Assembly: GCA_029244725.1 (NCBI GenBank)
Contig: JAQWQJ010000077.1
Location: forward strand, 128,640-192,639
Origin: Paracoccaceae bacterium
GTDB lineage: Bacteria; Pseudomonadota; Alphaproteobacteria; Rhodobacterales; Rhodobacteraceae
Direction of reading: 5' to 3'
Length of the DNA: 64,000 nt
Shown: positions 36,033 through 45,098 of the stretch, in pieces
How positions within the stretch are numbered: position 1 is the stretch's first letter
How the letters are laid out: the number at the start of each line of letters is the position of its first letter
Notes under the pieces: model-generated
The model's database searches: none
Seen by the model: the letters and a program-made list of their open reading frames with translations, nothing else
What the model was told of the DNA's origin: nothing
Translations under genes and position numbers: made by a program

Positions 36033-37316
36033 ATGAGCCTTAACCGACTACTCTCAGCGACCTGCATAGCGTCCTTTTCGGCGGTGTCTGCTTTTGCCGA
36101 CGTCTCCCCCAATATATTGTTGGTGATCGCCGATGACATGGGCGTTGATGCAAGCCCGTGCCACGCTGAGGGCAATCGCCTAGCAAAGATGCCGACCTTA
36201 GAAAGCCTTTGCCAAAGTGGCATGGTTTTCGAAGATGCGTACGCAGCGCCTTTATGCTCGCCGACGCGGGCGATGATTATGACGGGCAAATATGGATTTC
36301 GTACCGGCGTGACAGGGGCGGTTTCCCCAAATGATCAGAATGGGTTGTTCCAAAACCAAGCTACAATTTTTGACGTTTTGGGGCGCGATACCGATTATAG
36401 GTCAGCTGTGATCGGCAAATGGCACTTAAGTTCTGAGAGAAACGATCTTGATCACCCGGAATCTCTCGGTGTTGATTATTTCTACGGACCACTTTCAGGC
36501 GGTGTTCCGGATTACTTTTCTTGGACTGCGGTTGAACAGGGCAAGCGGGTTAAAGTGTCTGACTATGCCACGTCGGACTTATCAGACAAAGCAATAGACT
36601 GGATCGCCGATCAGTCTTCACCGTGGTTCCTATGGCTGGCCTATAATGCACCCCATACACCCTTTCATGCGCCGCCAGAGACCCTTCATAGTTTTGGTGA
36701 TTTGTCCGGTGAAAAGCGTGACATTCGTCAAAACCCAGAGCGCTATTATTTCGCGGCGTTAGAAGCAATGGACGCCGAGTTGGGGCGGGTTTTGGACTCC
36801 ATAGAAATTGAAGAACGCGAGAATACCGTCGTCGTGTTTATTGGTGACAACGGGACGCCGGGGCAATTGTCACGCGGATCGTCTTTGCAAGGCAGAACGA
36901 AGGGCAGCCTTTATGAGGGTGGAACAAACGTACCCTTGGTGGTCGCTGGTCCTGACGTTTTGCGCGGTCGTAGCTCGGAACTTGTGGCCGCGACCGATTT
37001 GTTTTCGACGGCCCTGAGTATTGCCGGTGTAAGTGCATCAACCAGTGACAGTTATGATATTTCTGGGACACTGTTTGACGAGGAAAAAACAGGTCGAGAG
37101 TTCGTGTTTACCGAAATCTCTGGCGGCTCTAAGGGCGGCTCGAAATCTGGGTGGGCGATCCGAGACGCGCGCTACAAGTTGATCCAACACGATGGTGTGG
37201 CGGCAGAATTTTTTGACCTGCAAGCTGACCCAAATGAACAAATCAACCTTTTGAAAACTACCCCAAGCTTTGCGCTGCCAATTGCCAAGCGCCTGACCAA
37301 TGCAAAACCAATTTAG
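36033..37316 (+). CDS. Cys-type sulfatase with signal peptide
   Basis: It has a signal-like N-terminus, then ILLVIADDMG and C-x-P-x-R (PLCSPTRAMIMTGK). Confidence 0.85.
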   Translation: MSLNRLLSATCIASFSAVSAFADVSPNILLVIADDMGVDASPCHAEGNRLAKMPTLESLCQSGMVFEDAYAAPLCSPTRAMIMTGKYGFRTGVTGAVSPNDQNGLFQNQATIFDVLGRDTDYRSAVIGKWHLSSERNDLDHPESLGVDYFYGPLSGGVPDYFSWTAVEQGKRVKVSDYATSDLSDKAIDWIADQSSPWFLWLAYNAPHTPFHAPPETLHSFGDLSGEKRDIRQNPERYYFAALEAMDAELGRVLDSIEIEERENTVVVFIGDNGTPGQLSRGSSLQGRTKGSLYEGGTNVPLVVAGPDVLRGRSSELVAATDLFSTALSIAGVSASTSDSYDISGTLFDEEKTGREFVFTEISGGSKGGSKSGWAIRDARYKLIQHDGVAAEFFDLQADPNEQINLLKTTPSFALPIAKRLTNAKPI

Positions 37317-37337
37317 ACGAACTGCAGGAGCATTCCT

Positions 37338-38231
37338 TTGAAGCGCACACATTTAACCCTCATAACTTCGGTTTCGATTGCAGTGCTGATAGCAGGAACG
37401 GCGATTTCGCAACAGCACCGCCTTAGGAATCACACGGAAACCGAGGCTGGACCGGTGTCGCTGGTTTGGGCCAATAAGTCCGCAGGTGACAGTTCAGTGA
37501 GCTTTATACAAGTTGGAAACTCGATCGAAATCACTGGTAACGGCATCCCTGATCATTTGGTAGGGCGCTTTCCAAATCGGGCGAATCCAAACCGTATAAC
37601 TGAGCAAAGGGTGAACTATACGATTCCTGCCACCCCAAAAGCTGCAAGGCGAATAACTGAATTGGAACTTGGTTTCAGCTTCGGCATCTCTCTGCATGGC
37701 GTTCTGTTTGATCCGTTGGCCGCCGAGTTTTGGCGAGGTGACCGCCGCTCTGGTTGGTCTTACAATGCACTTGGCGGGGCAATTGGCCTTGGGTTCGATG
37801 AAAACCACGCACATGTTCAACCTACCGGAAAATACCACTACCACGGCCTTCCCACAAAACTGGTCGAGTTGCTGGACTGGTCCAAGAACGCACATTCACC
37901 GCTGATCGGCTATGCGGCCGACGGCTTTCCGATCTATGCGATCAACGGTGTTGTGAACGGAAGCGTTCGAGAAATGAGCTCGTCCTATCGCCTTAAAAGC
38001 GGCAATCGCCCTGGTGGAACAAAGCCGACAGGTAAATACGACGGTGCCTTTAACGAAGACTATGAATACGTCGAGGGGGCCGGGACTTTGGATAAATGCA
38101 ATGGCGCAATGACCGTATCGAAGGAATATCCCAACGGTTCGTATGCCTATTTCCTGACTGAGGAGTTCCCAATGGTTCCAAGATGCTTTGTAGGAACGCC
38201 AGATCGCAGCTTTAAACCTAGGCGTCCTTAA
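37338..38231 (+). CDS. YHYH-domain protein (secreted)
   Basis: It has the GKYHYHGLP motif and an N-terminal hydrophobic signal. The start codon is TTG according to the ORF track. Confidence 0.7.
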   Translation: MKRTHLTLITSVSIAVLIAGTAISQQHRLRNHTETEAGPVSLVWANKSAGDSSVSFIQVGNSIEITGNGIPDHLVGRFPNRANPNRITEQRVNYTIPATPKAARRITELELGFSFGISLHGVLFDPLAAEFWRGDRRSGWSYNALGGAIGLGFDENHAHVQPTGKYHYHGLPTKLVELLDWSKNAHSPLIGYAADGFPIYAINGVVNGSVREMSSSYRLKSGNRPGGTKPTGKYDGAFNEDYEYVEGAGTLDKCNGAMTVSKEYPNGSYAYFLTEEFPMVPRCFVGTPDRSFKPRRP

Positions 38232-38336
38232 GCAGGTTTTGCCGGTAACTTCGTGGGCCGTTGCCAAAGCCTAATTGGTTTTCTAAACTAACCTCAACAA
38301 GGTCACACTTACACAACAGGAGGGAACAAGCTGAAA

Positions 38337-38402
38337 ATGCGTATTGTCCGTCGACTTCAGCATGGTCCCCGCGTTGCCCTGCAGATCCGTTTGCAGGGCT
38401 GA
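38337..38402 (+). CDS. Candidate 21-codon leader peptide upstream of the ABC-F gene
   Basis: The ORF encodes MRIVRRLQHGPRVALQIRLQG and ends with TGA. An AGGAGGG lies 12 nt upstream of the ATG. The 3' end of the ORF is embedded in the hairpin GCCCTGCA-N8-TGCAGGGC (38376-38399). Confidence 0.3.
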   Translation: MRIVRRLQHGPRVALQIRLQG

Positions 38403-38475
38403 CCTAAGATATCTTTACCTTCTGGTCTGCCCAAAGCCGCATCGCGGCCATTCTACTATGTGACCTGAGATTATT

Positions 38476-39993
38476 ATGACAATCATAAATACAAATGCCT
38501 TGGGCGTTACCCTAGGCGACCCACTATTCACTAACTTAAATCTAACGATTTCGAAATCCGACCGGATAGGATTGGTCGCTGCAAATGGGCGTGGAAAATC
38601 TACGCTGCTTGGTTGCCTTATGGGATCGATCGAGCATACCAAGGGCGAAATTACCCGTGCTCGGGGTCTTCGGGTCGGATACGTTAAGCAAAACGTCCCA
38701 GAAGATGCCTTGACGCTTACCTTGTATGATTGGGTGCTGGCCGCCCTTCCGCAAGAACAGGCAGAATACGAAAGTTGGCGCGTGGATGTTGTTCTCGACG
38801 ATCTGAAAGTGCCCTACGAACTTCAACACAAGCCGCTGAACGAACTGAGCGGGGGCTGGCAGCGGACGGCAATGTTGGCTGCTGTCTGGATCACAGAGCC
38901 CGATCTGCTGCTTTTGGACGAACCGACAAACCATCTTGATTTGCAACGCATTGCACTGTTGCAAGATTGGCTAGCGGCACTGCCCCGCGAGATGCCTGTC
39001 GTTATTACGTCTCATGATCGCGCCTTTTTGGACGCTACGACCAACCGTACTTTGTTTTTGCGGGCTGACCGGTCACGCATGTTTCCGCTGCCTTATAGCG
39101 CGGCACGGATCGCTTTGGATGAAACGGACGCTGCAGACGAGCGCCACTTTGCGAATGAACTGAACAAGGCACAACAACTGCGTAAGCAAGCGGCTAAATT
39201 GAAGAACGTGGGCATAAACTCTGGCTCGGACTTGCTGCTGACAAAAACAAAGCAGTTGGCCCAACGTGCTGACAAAATGGAGGCCGCTGCCAAACCAGCA
39301 CACCAAGAGCGCAGTGCAGGGGCCATCAAGCTGGTGAACAGCGGCACACACGCAAAGGCCCTGATCACTCTGAATGATGTAGACGTTACGACGCCCGATG
39401 GGCGATTGCTTTATAAAACTGGGAAGAAGTGGATCACCAAAGGGGATCGAATTGTTCTTCTCGGGGCGAACGGCACCGGTAAAACGCAGCTTGTGCAGAT
39501 GATACATCGTGCGCTTTCCGGCGACGAAGACTTGTTGAAATGCGCGCCCTCAATTGTGCCTGCGTATTCCGATCAACACCTTAGCCAGCTTTCCGACACC
39601 GACACACCGATGCACGCGATTACGGGACAATTTGATATCGGCGATCAACGCGCCCGGGGTGTTCTGGCAGGGGCAGGTGTTTCCAAGCAAATGCAGGACA
39701 CAAAGATAAGCTCGCTATCGGGTGGTCAAAAAGCCCGGCTTGCGATGTTAGTTTTGCGATTGAGAAACCCAAACTTTTACCTGTTGGACGAACCGACAAA
39801 CCATCTCGATATTCCAGGACAAGAGGCGCTGGAGGATGAGTTGATTGCCCACAACACCTCATGCCTTTTGGTTAGCCACGACAGAAGTTTTTTGCGCAAC
39901 GTTGGAAATAGATTTTGGTGGATCAATCGAAAGCGTCTCGAAGAAGTCGAAAGCCCCGAGGCGTTTTTGAGCAACGAAATGCAGACGAAATAA
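38476..39993 (+). CDS. ABC-F family ATPase (two ABC domains, no TM domain)
   Basis: Walker A motifs are GLVAANGRGKST and LLGANGTGKT. Signature motifs are LSGGWQ and LSGGQK. A charged linker separates the two domains. Confidence 0.85.
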   Translation: MTIINTNALGVTLGDPLFTNLNLTISKSDRIGLVAANGRGKSTLLGCLMGSIEHTKGEITRARGLRVGYVKQNVPEDALTLTLYDWVLAALPQEQAEYESWRVDVVLDDLKVPYELQHKPLNELSGGWQRTAMLAAVWITEPDLLLLDEPTNHLDLQRIALLQDWLAALPREMPVVITSHDRAFLDATTNRTLFLRADRSRMFPLPYSAARIALDETDAADERHFANELNKAQQLRKQAAKLKNVGINSGSDLLLTKTKQLAQRADKMEAAAKPAHQERSAGAIKLVNSGTHAKALITLNDVDVTTPDGRLLYKTGKKWITKGDRIVLLGANGTGKTQLVQMIHRALSGDEDLLKCAPSIVPAYSDQHLSQLSDTDTPMHAITGQFDIGDQRARGVLAGAGVSKQMQDTKISSLSGGQKARLAMLVLRLRNPNFYLLDEPTNHLDIPGQEALEDELIAHNTSCLLVSHDRSFLRNVGNRFWWINRKRLEEVESPEAFLSNEMQTK

Positions 39994-40051
39994 ACCGATG
40001 GCGCCGACTTTATCACTTGCACAGTCCAAGCAACTAAGATCGTTGTAGACC

Positions 40052-41257
40052 ATGAAACTTAACGGCCCTTTTCTGATAATTCTCGCGACGTTGATGATCG
40101 ACGGAATTGGCGTGGGTATCGTGTTTCCAATCATGCCTGATCTTATGGAACGTGTAGGCGCGGCAAACACAGCCGAGGGTGCGCTTTGGGGCGGCGTACT
40201 GATGTCAGCTTACGCGGCAGCAATGTTTCTATTTGGCCCGATTGTTGGCAGTTTGTCGGACGCATTTGGTCGCCGCCCAGTATTGATTGCGGCACTTGCA
40301 ACTTTGACGGTCGATTACGTCATTATGGCGATGGCAGGTTCGCTCTGGGTGCTGCTTATAGGTCGCGTCGTCGCAGGAATGGCGGGTGCAACTTACATCA
40401 CCGCAACGGCCTATATCGCGGACATTGCAAAGCCCGAAGAACGGGGTGCGGCATTTGGGATGATCGGGGCTGCGTTTGGTCTCGGGTTTGTGCTTGGTCC
40501 CGCACTGGGGGGTATTTCCTCTGGGTGGCACATCACTGCACCGTTTTGGATTGCTGCGGCGCTTGCCGGCCTAAACGTTGGCTTTGGGCTTTTTGCTCTG
40601 CCAGAATCCCTAAAGCCTGAAAACCGTCGACCATTTGGAAGGCGCGATCTGAATCCTTTTGCCACAATTGCGCGGGCTTTTTTGATCCCGGGTCTGGCGA
40701 TCCCATTGATATGTTTGTTTGTTTTTGAATTCGCCAACATGGTTTATCCGACCCTTTGGGCATTCTGGGGTCGAGAGGTCTTTGGTTGGGATGGGTTCCG
40801 CATTGGACTAACGCTTTCGGCCTATGGCCTTTTGATCGCGGGCGTGCAGGCCGGAGTGCTGCCAAGATTAACGAAGCGATTTGGAGATCACAAAACGCTG
40901 ATGTTGGGTATTTTCGCCGCCTTGGTCGGGCTTGTGGGAATTGGTTTTACGTCAGCGGTTTGGGTCGTGGTAATATTTCTACCAATTGCCGCGCTGTCAG
41001 ACATGGCGCCCCCTTTGATGACGGCATTTGCTGCAAATTTGGTTGGCGAGGATCAACAGGGCGTCGTTCAAGGCGTGATTGCGTCATTGTCTTCAGTCGC
41101 GGCAGTGATCGCTCCGCTGGTTATGACCGGCGTCTTCGAGCAATTTGTGAATGACACTGGTGTCTATCTACCGGGCGCGCCTTTCCTTTTGGGCGCGGTA
41201 TTGATCGCAATGATCATACCGTTGCTGATGCGTATGAAGTCGACAGGCTCGACCTAA
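40052..41257 (+). CDS. MFS transporter, TCR/Tet-family-like efflux pump
   Basis: 401 aa with 12 TM segments. The motif GSLSDAFGRRPVL is typical of the DHA1/TetA-like group. Confidence 0.75.
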   Translation: MKLNGPFLIILATLMIDGIGVGIVFPIMPDLMERVGAANTAEGALWGGVLMSAYAAAMFLFGPIVGSLSDAFGRRPVLIAALATLTVDYVIMAMAGSLWVLLIGRVVAGMAGATYITATAYIADIAKPEERGAAFGMIGAAFGLGFVLGPALGGISSGWHITAPFWIAAALAGLNVGFGLFALPESLKPENRRPFGRRDLNPFATIARAFLIPGLAIPLICLFVFEFANMVYPTLWAFWGREVFGWDGFRIGLTLSAYGLLIAGVQAGVLPRLTKRFGDHKTLMLGIFAALVGLVGIGFTSAVWVVVIFLPIAALSDMAPPLMTAFAANLVGEDQQGVVQGVIASLSSVAAVIAPLVMTGVFEQFVNDTGVYLPGAPFLLGAVLIAMIIPLLMRMKSTGST

Positions 41258-41272
41258 CCTTTAAGAAATACG

Positions 41273-42190
41273 CTAAGTTTTGACGGGTTGGCGGGCCAGC
41301 ATCGCTGCCAATGCGATGCCTGAGATTGTGTGCCAAATCCCCCAAAAGGCGGCCACCACTGCCATCCCGCCCAATCCGCTGAAAAAGCCAAAGATTAAGA
41401 TTAGGCCTAAGCCTGAATTCTGAATGCCTGTTTCGATCATTACAGCACGGCGATCAAAACGCGAAAGACCTGCGACGGTTGCAATTGAGAAACCACCGGC
41501 GAGTGCGAGCGCATTGTGAATTAATACCAGCAATGCAACCGCCCCTGCAAATTGAAGGAAGACGCCCCAATTGGCGGCCAATGCCAAGACAACGAACGCA
41601 ACGAAAATCCCCATGGAAAGGTACTGAAGTGGTTGGCGAATGCGTGCGGTTAAGTTGGGCTTTTTGGCGTTCAAAAACACCCCGAGGCACAATGGCAGCA
41701 CTAACATTATCCCGACTGTTATCGCGACGGCTGTCGGGTCAATGGCAGTTTTACGTAAAATCTCTCGGGTCGGTTGATAGAGACTGCCCCAAATTGCGAT
41801 GTTCAACGGGGTTAGGAACAAAGCGCCGACGGTTGAAAACGCAGTCATCGACACCGACAATGCGGCGTTTCCACCAGCGCGATGCGTAATGAAATTTGAG
41901 ATATTCCCGCCCGGACATGCGGCCACAAGTATAAGCCCAAGTGCGATTGATGGGTGGGGTTGGGCAACTAATATCAGCAAAAAAGTAAGGGCGGGCAACA
42001 CAAAAAACTGGGAAAATAACCCAGTTATCAAAGATTTAGGCTTTCGAAGAAGACGAGTAAAGTCCTGGAGCTTAAGGTCAATGGCTATAGAAAACATGAC
42101 GATAGCCAGCACTGCATTCAGGATTTGCAGGCTCGTGGGCGAGAAATTTAGTAAAACATCATCAATTCCTGTGTTCAAAGACGTCTCCAT
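41273..42190 (-). CDS. Bile acid:sodium symporter (BASS) family transporter
   Basis: 305 aa. The motif GLILVAACPGGNISNF is typical of BASS/ACR3-like symporters. Confidence 0.75.
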   Translation of the reverse strand: METSLNTGIDDVLLNFSPTSLQILNAVLAIVMFSIAIDLKLQDFTRLLRKPKSLITGLFSQFFVLPALTFLLILVAQPHPSIALGLILVAACPGGNISNFITHRAGGNAALSVSMTAFSTVGALFLTPLNIAIWGSLYQPTREILRKTAIDPTAVAITVGIMLVLPLCLGVFLNAKKPNLTARIRQPLQYLSMGIFVAFVVLALAANWGVFLQFAGAVALLVLIHNALALAGGFSIATVAGLSRFDRRAVMIETGIQNSGLGLILIFGFFSGLGGMAVVAAFWGIWHTISGIALAAMLARQPVKT

Positions 42191-42310
42191 GCATTTCCCC
42201 CGCGTTGTTCCGATCTTCTTTCGACTCAGTCTACGGAAAATCTAATTTTATGCACGCGTGCTTTAGAATTTCGTGTTGTCAGTGTCTCTGCGACGGGCCC
42301 ATGCTAATGT

Positions 42311-43225
42311 GTGAAACACACACAACAGCCGAGACCCGTCAAAGTGTTCCGTTCAAAACCTGATAGCCCCATGGATGAGCTTTTGCGCGCGCGCCTGCGC
42401 ATTCCGCAAGGCGCAAGACTGCGTTTGAAGGCTTTACGAATGGCAATGCAGTCCATTGATCTATTTAGCCGAGGAATATCAGGACAGGCTTTCTTTGCAC
42501 TCAGAGAGACCGAAGAAGCGTTAATCGAACTCAACGGACGCACTGGTCCCGATTTGATTTGGGCATTGATGGCACGAAATGGCGGGACCAAAATTAGGCC
42601 TATCGGATTGCAAAATGTCCCCTTAAACGGGCCGGTCCTTATCGGTTCAACCCATCCTATCGGAACGTTTGATTTCCTTGCCCACGCAGCTGCGCTTTTA
42701 GAGCATCGTCCGGATTTGAAGGTCGTCGCCAATCGAGAGGCTCAGCGCTTTCTTGGGGTTGATCGCATCATTCCCGTTGATTTAGATCGAAAAGATACCG
42801 TATTGACCGCGCGCCAAACCCGTTTAGGAATGCTTGAACATCTGGGGCAGGGTGGTGCGCTATTGGTTTTTGGCTCTGGCAAGGTTCCGGACATCCAGAA
42901 CGGGCGTTTGACTGAACCCGAATGGCGCACTGGTATCACTAGAATGTCTAAAGCTGCGAACGCGCCAATCGTTCCAGCTTCGCCGGATATGCGAAATTCT
43001 CGTCACTATTATAGAACGCGAAAAGTCGCCCGTTTGTTAAGTGGCGGGAACGAGTACATAGGGCGTGAAGTGGCCTCTCTGCGCTACGTGTCTGAACTGC
43101 TAGCAAAGCTTGGGGGCAGCTATGATGTCCACTATGGCAGGCTGCAGCCGCCGGGAACCCATGCAGACGACCTCAAGAGACTGGCCGAAGGTTTGGTTCC
43201 GGGGCTTTATACAGACGCAGAGTAG
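42311..43225 (+). CDS. Putative acyltransferase (lysophospholipid acyltransferase-like)
   Basis: STHPIGTFD...VVANRE and a GSGKV segment weakly resemble the PlsC/LPLAT blocks. The start is uncertain: GTG at 42311 or ATG at 42371. Confidence 0.4.
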   Translation: MKHTQQPRPVKVFRSKPDSPMDELLRARLRIPQGARLRLKALRMAMQSIDLFSRGISGQAFFALRETEEALIELNGRTGPDLIWALMARNGGTKIRPIGLQNVPLNGPVLIGSTHPIGTFDFLAHAAALLEHRPDLKVVANREAQRFLGVDRIIPVDLDRKDTVLTARQTRLGMLEHLGQGGALLVFGSGKVPDIQNGRLTEPEWRTGITRMSKAANAPIVPASPDMRNSRHYYRTRKVARLLSGGNEYIGREVASLRYVSELLAKLGGSYDVHYGRLQPPGTHADDLKRLAEGLVPGLYTDAE

Positions 43226-43230
43226 CAATA

Positions 43231-43260
43231 AAAAAGGCGACCCAATGCAGGCCGCCTTTT
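43231..43260. terminator. Bidirectional intrinsic terminator between convergent genes
   Basis: AAAAAA-GGCGACC-caatgca-GGCCGCC-TTTT: a GC-rich stem flanked by an A-tract and a T-tract. Confidence 0.6.
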
Positions 43261-43279
43261 CGTTCTGATATTGGGAAAA

Positions 43280-44731
43280 TTACTCGACCGGCCAACCGCC
43301 AATTGCACGGACTTCAAGGAATTCATCCAGTCCCCATTTGCCACCTTCGCGACCGTTTCCTGACTGCTTCATGCCGCCAAACGGTGCGCCGGTGCCACGA
43401 CCTTTGCCGTTCATGTCGACCATGCCTGAACGGACGGCACGCGCAACACGGCGGGCCTTTTCGTCGTCCGAGGTCTGAATATAGTTGGTCAGGCCATAAT
43501 CGGTGTCGTTGGCAATCGCGATCGCTTCTTCTTCGCTGTCAAACGGCATCATCGCCAGAACCGGCCCGAAGATCTCTTCGCGCATCACCGTCATCTCATT
43601 TGTGCAATCCGCAAAAACAGTTGGACGAACAAAGAATCCACGGTTCAAACCCTCAGGGCGGCCCATGCCACCAGCGACTAACGTTGCGCCTTCGTCGATG
43701 CCTTGTTGGATCAGGCCTTGGACTTTGTCGAACTGCATTTCCGATACCAGAGGGCCAATGTGGCGACCTTCGCTTGCAGCCGCGTTGACCGTGATACTTT
43801 CGGCGGCGGATTTGGCTTCTTCGACGGCTTGGTCATAGCGCGAACGTTCAACTAGCATGCGGGTTGGGGCGTTACAGCTTTGACCAGTGTTGTTGAAACA
43901 GCGGATAATACCTTGCTTAACCGCTTTAGGGTCGGCGTCAGCGAACACGATGTTCGCACCTTTGCCACCCAATTCAAGGCTGACCCGCTTGATGGTTTCA
44001 GCACCCGCAATCGTGATCGCACGGCCAGCACGGGTTGAACCGGTAAAGCTGACCATATCTACATCAGCGTGTGAAGAAAGCTGGCTACCAACACCTGGGC
44101 CGTCTCCGTTTAGCATGTTGTATACGCCGGCTGGCACGCCTGCTTCGTCCATGATTTCCGAAAACAACATGCCAGAAAGCGGCGATTGCTCGGACGGTTT
44201 CAAGACCATCGTGCAGCCAGTCGCCAACGCAGGCATCACTTTCAGAGAAATCTGGTTCATCGGCCAGTTCCACGGCGTGATCAATGCGCAAACACCGATA
44301 GGTTCGCGGATGATATGCGTGTCTTCAGCCCCGGCACGCAGCGGCGTTTCGAATTCAAATTCCTTCAGTGCATTGATGAATGCTTTGATGTGCGTCGAGC
44401 CGGTACCAGATTGTTGAACCTTGGCCATATCAATCGGCGCGCCCATTTCCATGCTGATCGCAGTTGCTATGTCATCAGACCGGCGCATGTAGACGTCAAG
44501 AATGCTCTCCATCAAGTCAACACGCTCGGCTTTTGACGAAAGGCGCCATTTTGTGAACGCAGCTTTTGCGGCAGCTACAGCAGCATCGGTGTCTGCTTGG
44601 CCACCGAGCGAAATCGTTGCACATGCTTCTTCGGTCGAGGGGTCGATGACTGCAAAGTCACGGCCTTGGCTTGGAGCGACCCAAGCGCCATTGATGTAGA
44701 AATTGCGTGCGTCTTGCATGATCTTTTCCAT
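43280..44731 (-). CDS. NAD(P)-dependent aldehyde dehydrogenase
   Basis: It has ELGGKGANIVF and a catalytic Cys context, NTGQSCNAPTR. 483 aa. Confidence 0.85.
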   Translation of the reverse strand: MEKIMQDARNFYINGAWVAPSQGRDFAVIDPSTEEACATISLGGQADTDAAVAAAKAAFTKWRLSSKAERVDLMESILDVYMRRSDDIATAISMEMGAPIDMAKVQQSGTGSTHIKAFINALKEFEFETPLRAGAEDTHIIREPIGVCALITPWNWPMNQISLKVMPALATGCTMVLKPSEQSPLSGMLFSEIMDEAGVPAGVYNMLNGDGPGVGSQLSSHADVDMVSFTGSTRAGRAITIAGAETIKRVSLELGGKGANIVFADADPKAVKQGIIRCFNNTGQSCNAPTRMLVERSRYDQAVEEAKSAAESITVNAAASEGRHIGPLVSEMQFDKVQGLIQQGIDEGATLVAGGMGRPEGLNRGFFVRPTVFADCTNEMTVMREEIFGPVLAMMPFDSEEEAIAIANDTDYGLTNYIQTSDDEKARRVARAVRSGMVDMNGKGRGTGAPFGGMKQSGNGREGGKWGLDEFLEVRAIGGWPVE

Positions 44732-44922
44732 TCAATTTAATGCTCTGATCCGACATCAATTGTCTAATGGAACAGAGGTGGGAATCTAACGGCGTATTCA
44801 GGAAAACGAGCTTTTGATGCCAGAGTGCCTGAGCCATGTGACGAGACATAGGAGAGCATCAAGCCATGTGCAATGCCAATGGCAGTTATGGGCGAAGATC
44901 TCTGATGCACATTTTGGGAAAA

Positions 44923-44997
44923 TGGCATCCCGTAGGGGAATCGAACCCCTCTTTCCAGGTTGAAAACCTGGCGTCCTAACCGATAGACGAACGGGAC
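44923..44997 (-). tRNA. tRNA-Glu (anticodon UUC)
   Basis: The reverse complement is GTCCCGTTCGTCTATCGGTTAGGACGCCAGGTTTTCAACCTGGAAAGAGGGGTTCGATTCCCCTACGGGATGCCA. It has a 7-bp acceptor stem (with G1-U72), the anticodon loop TTTTCAA, the T-loop TTCGATT and an encoded CCA. Confidence 0.9.
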
Positions 44998-45098
44998 GCG
45001 CTTAGCGTGAGGCGGTATTTAGGAAAAGCTGCGCCTTTGCGCAAGCGAAAAACACGTTGGAAATGAAGATTTTTTGGATCAGACGAATTCCAAGTAAT

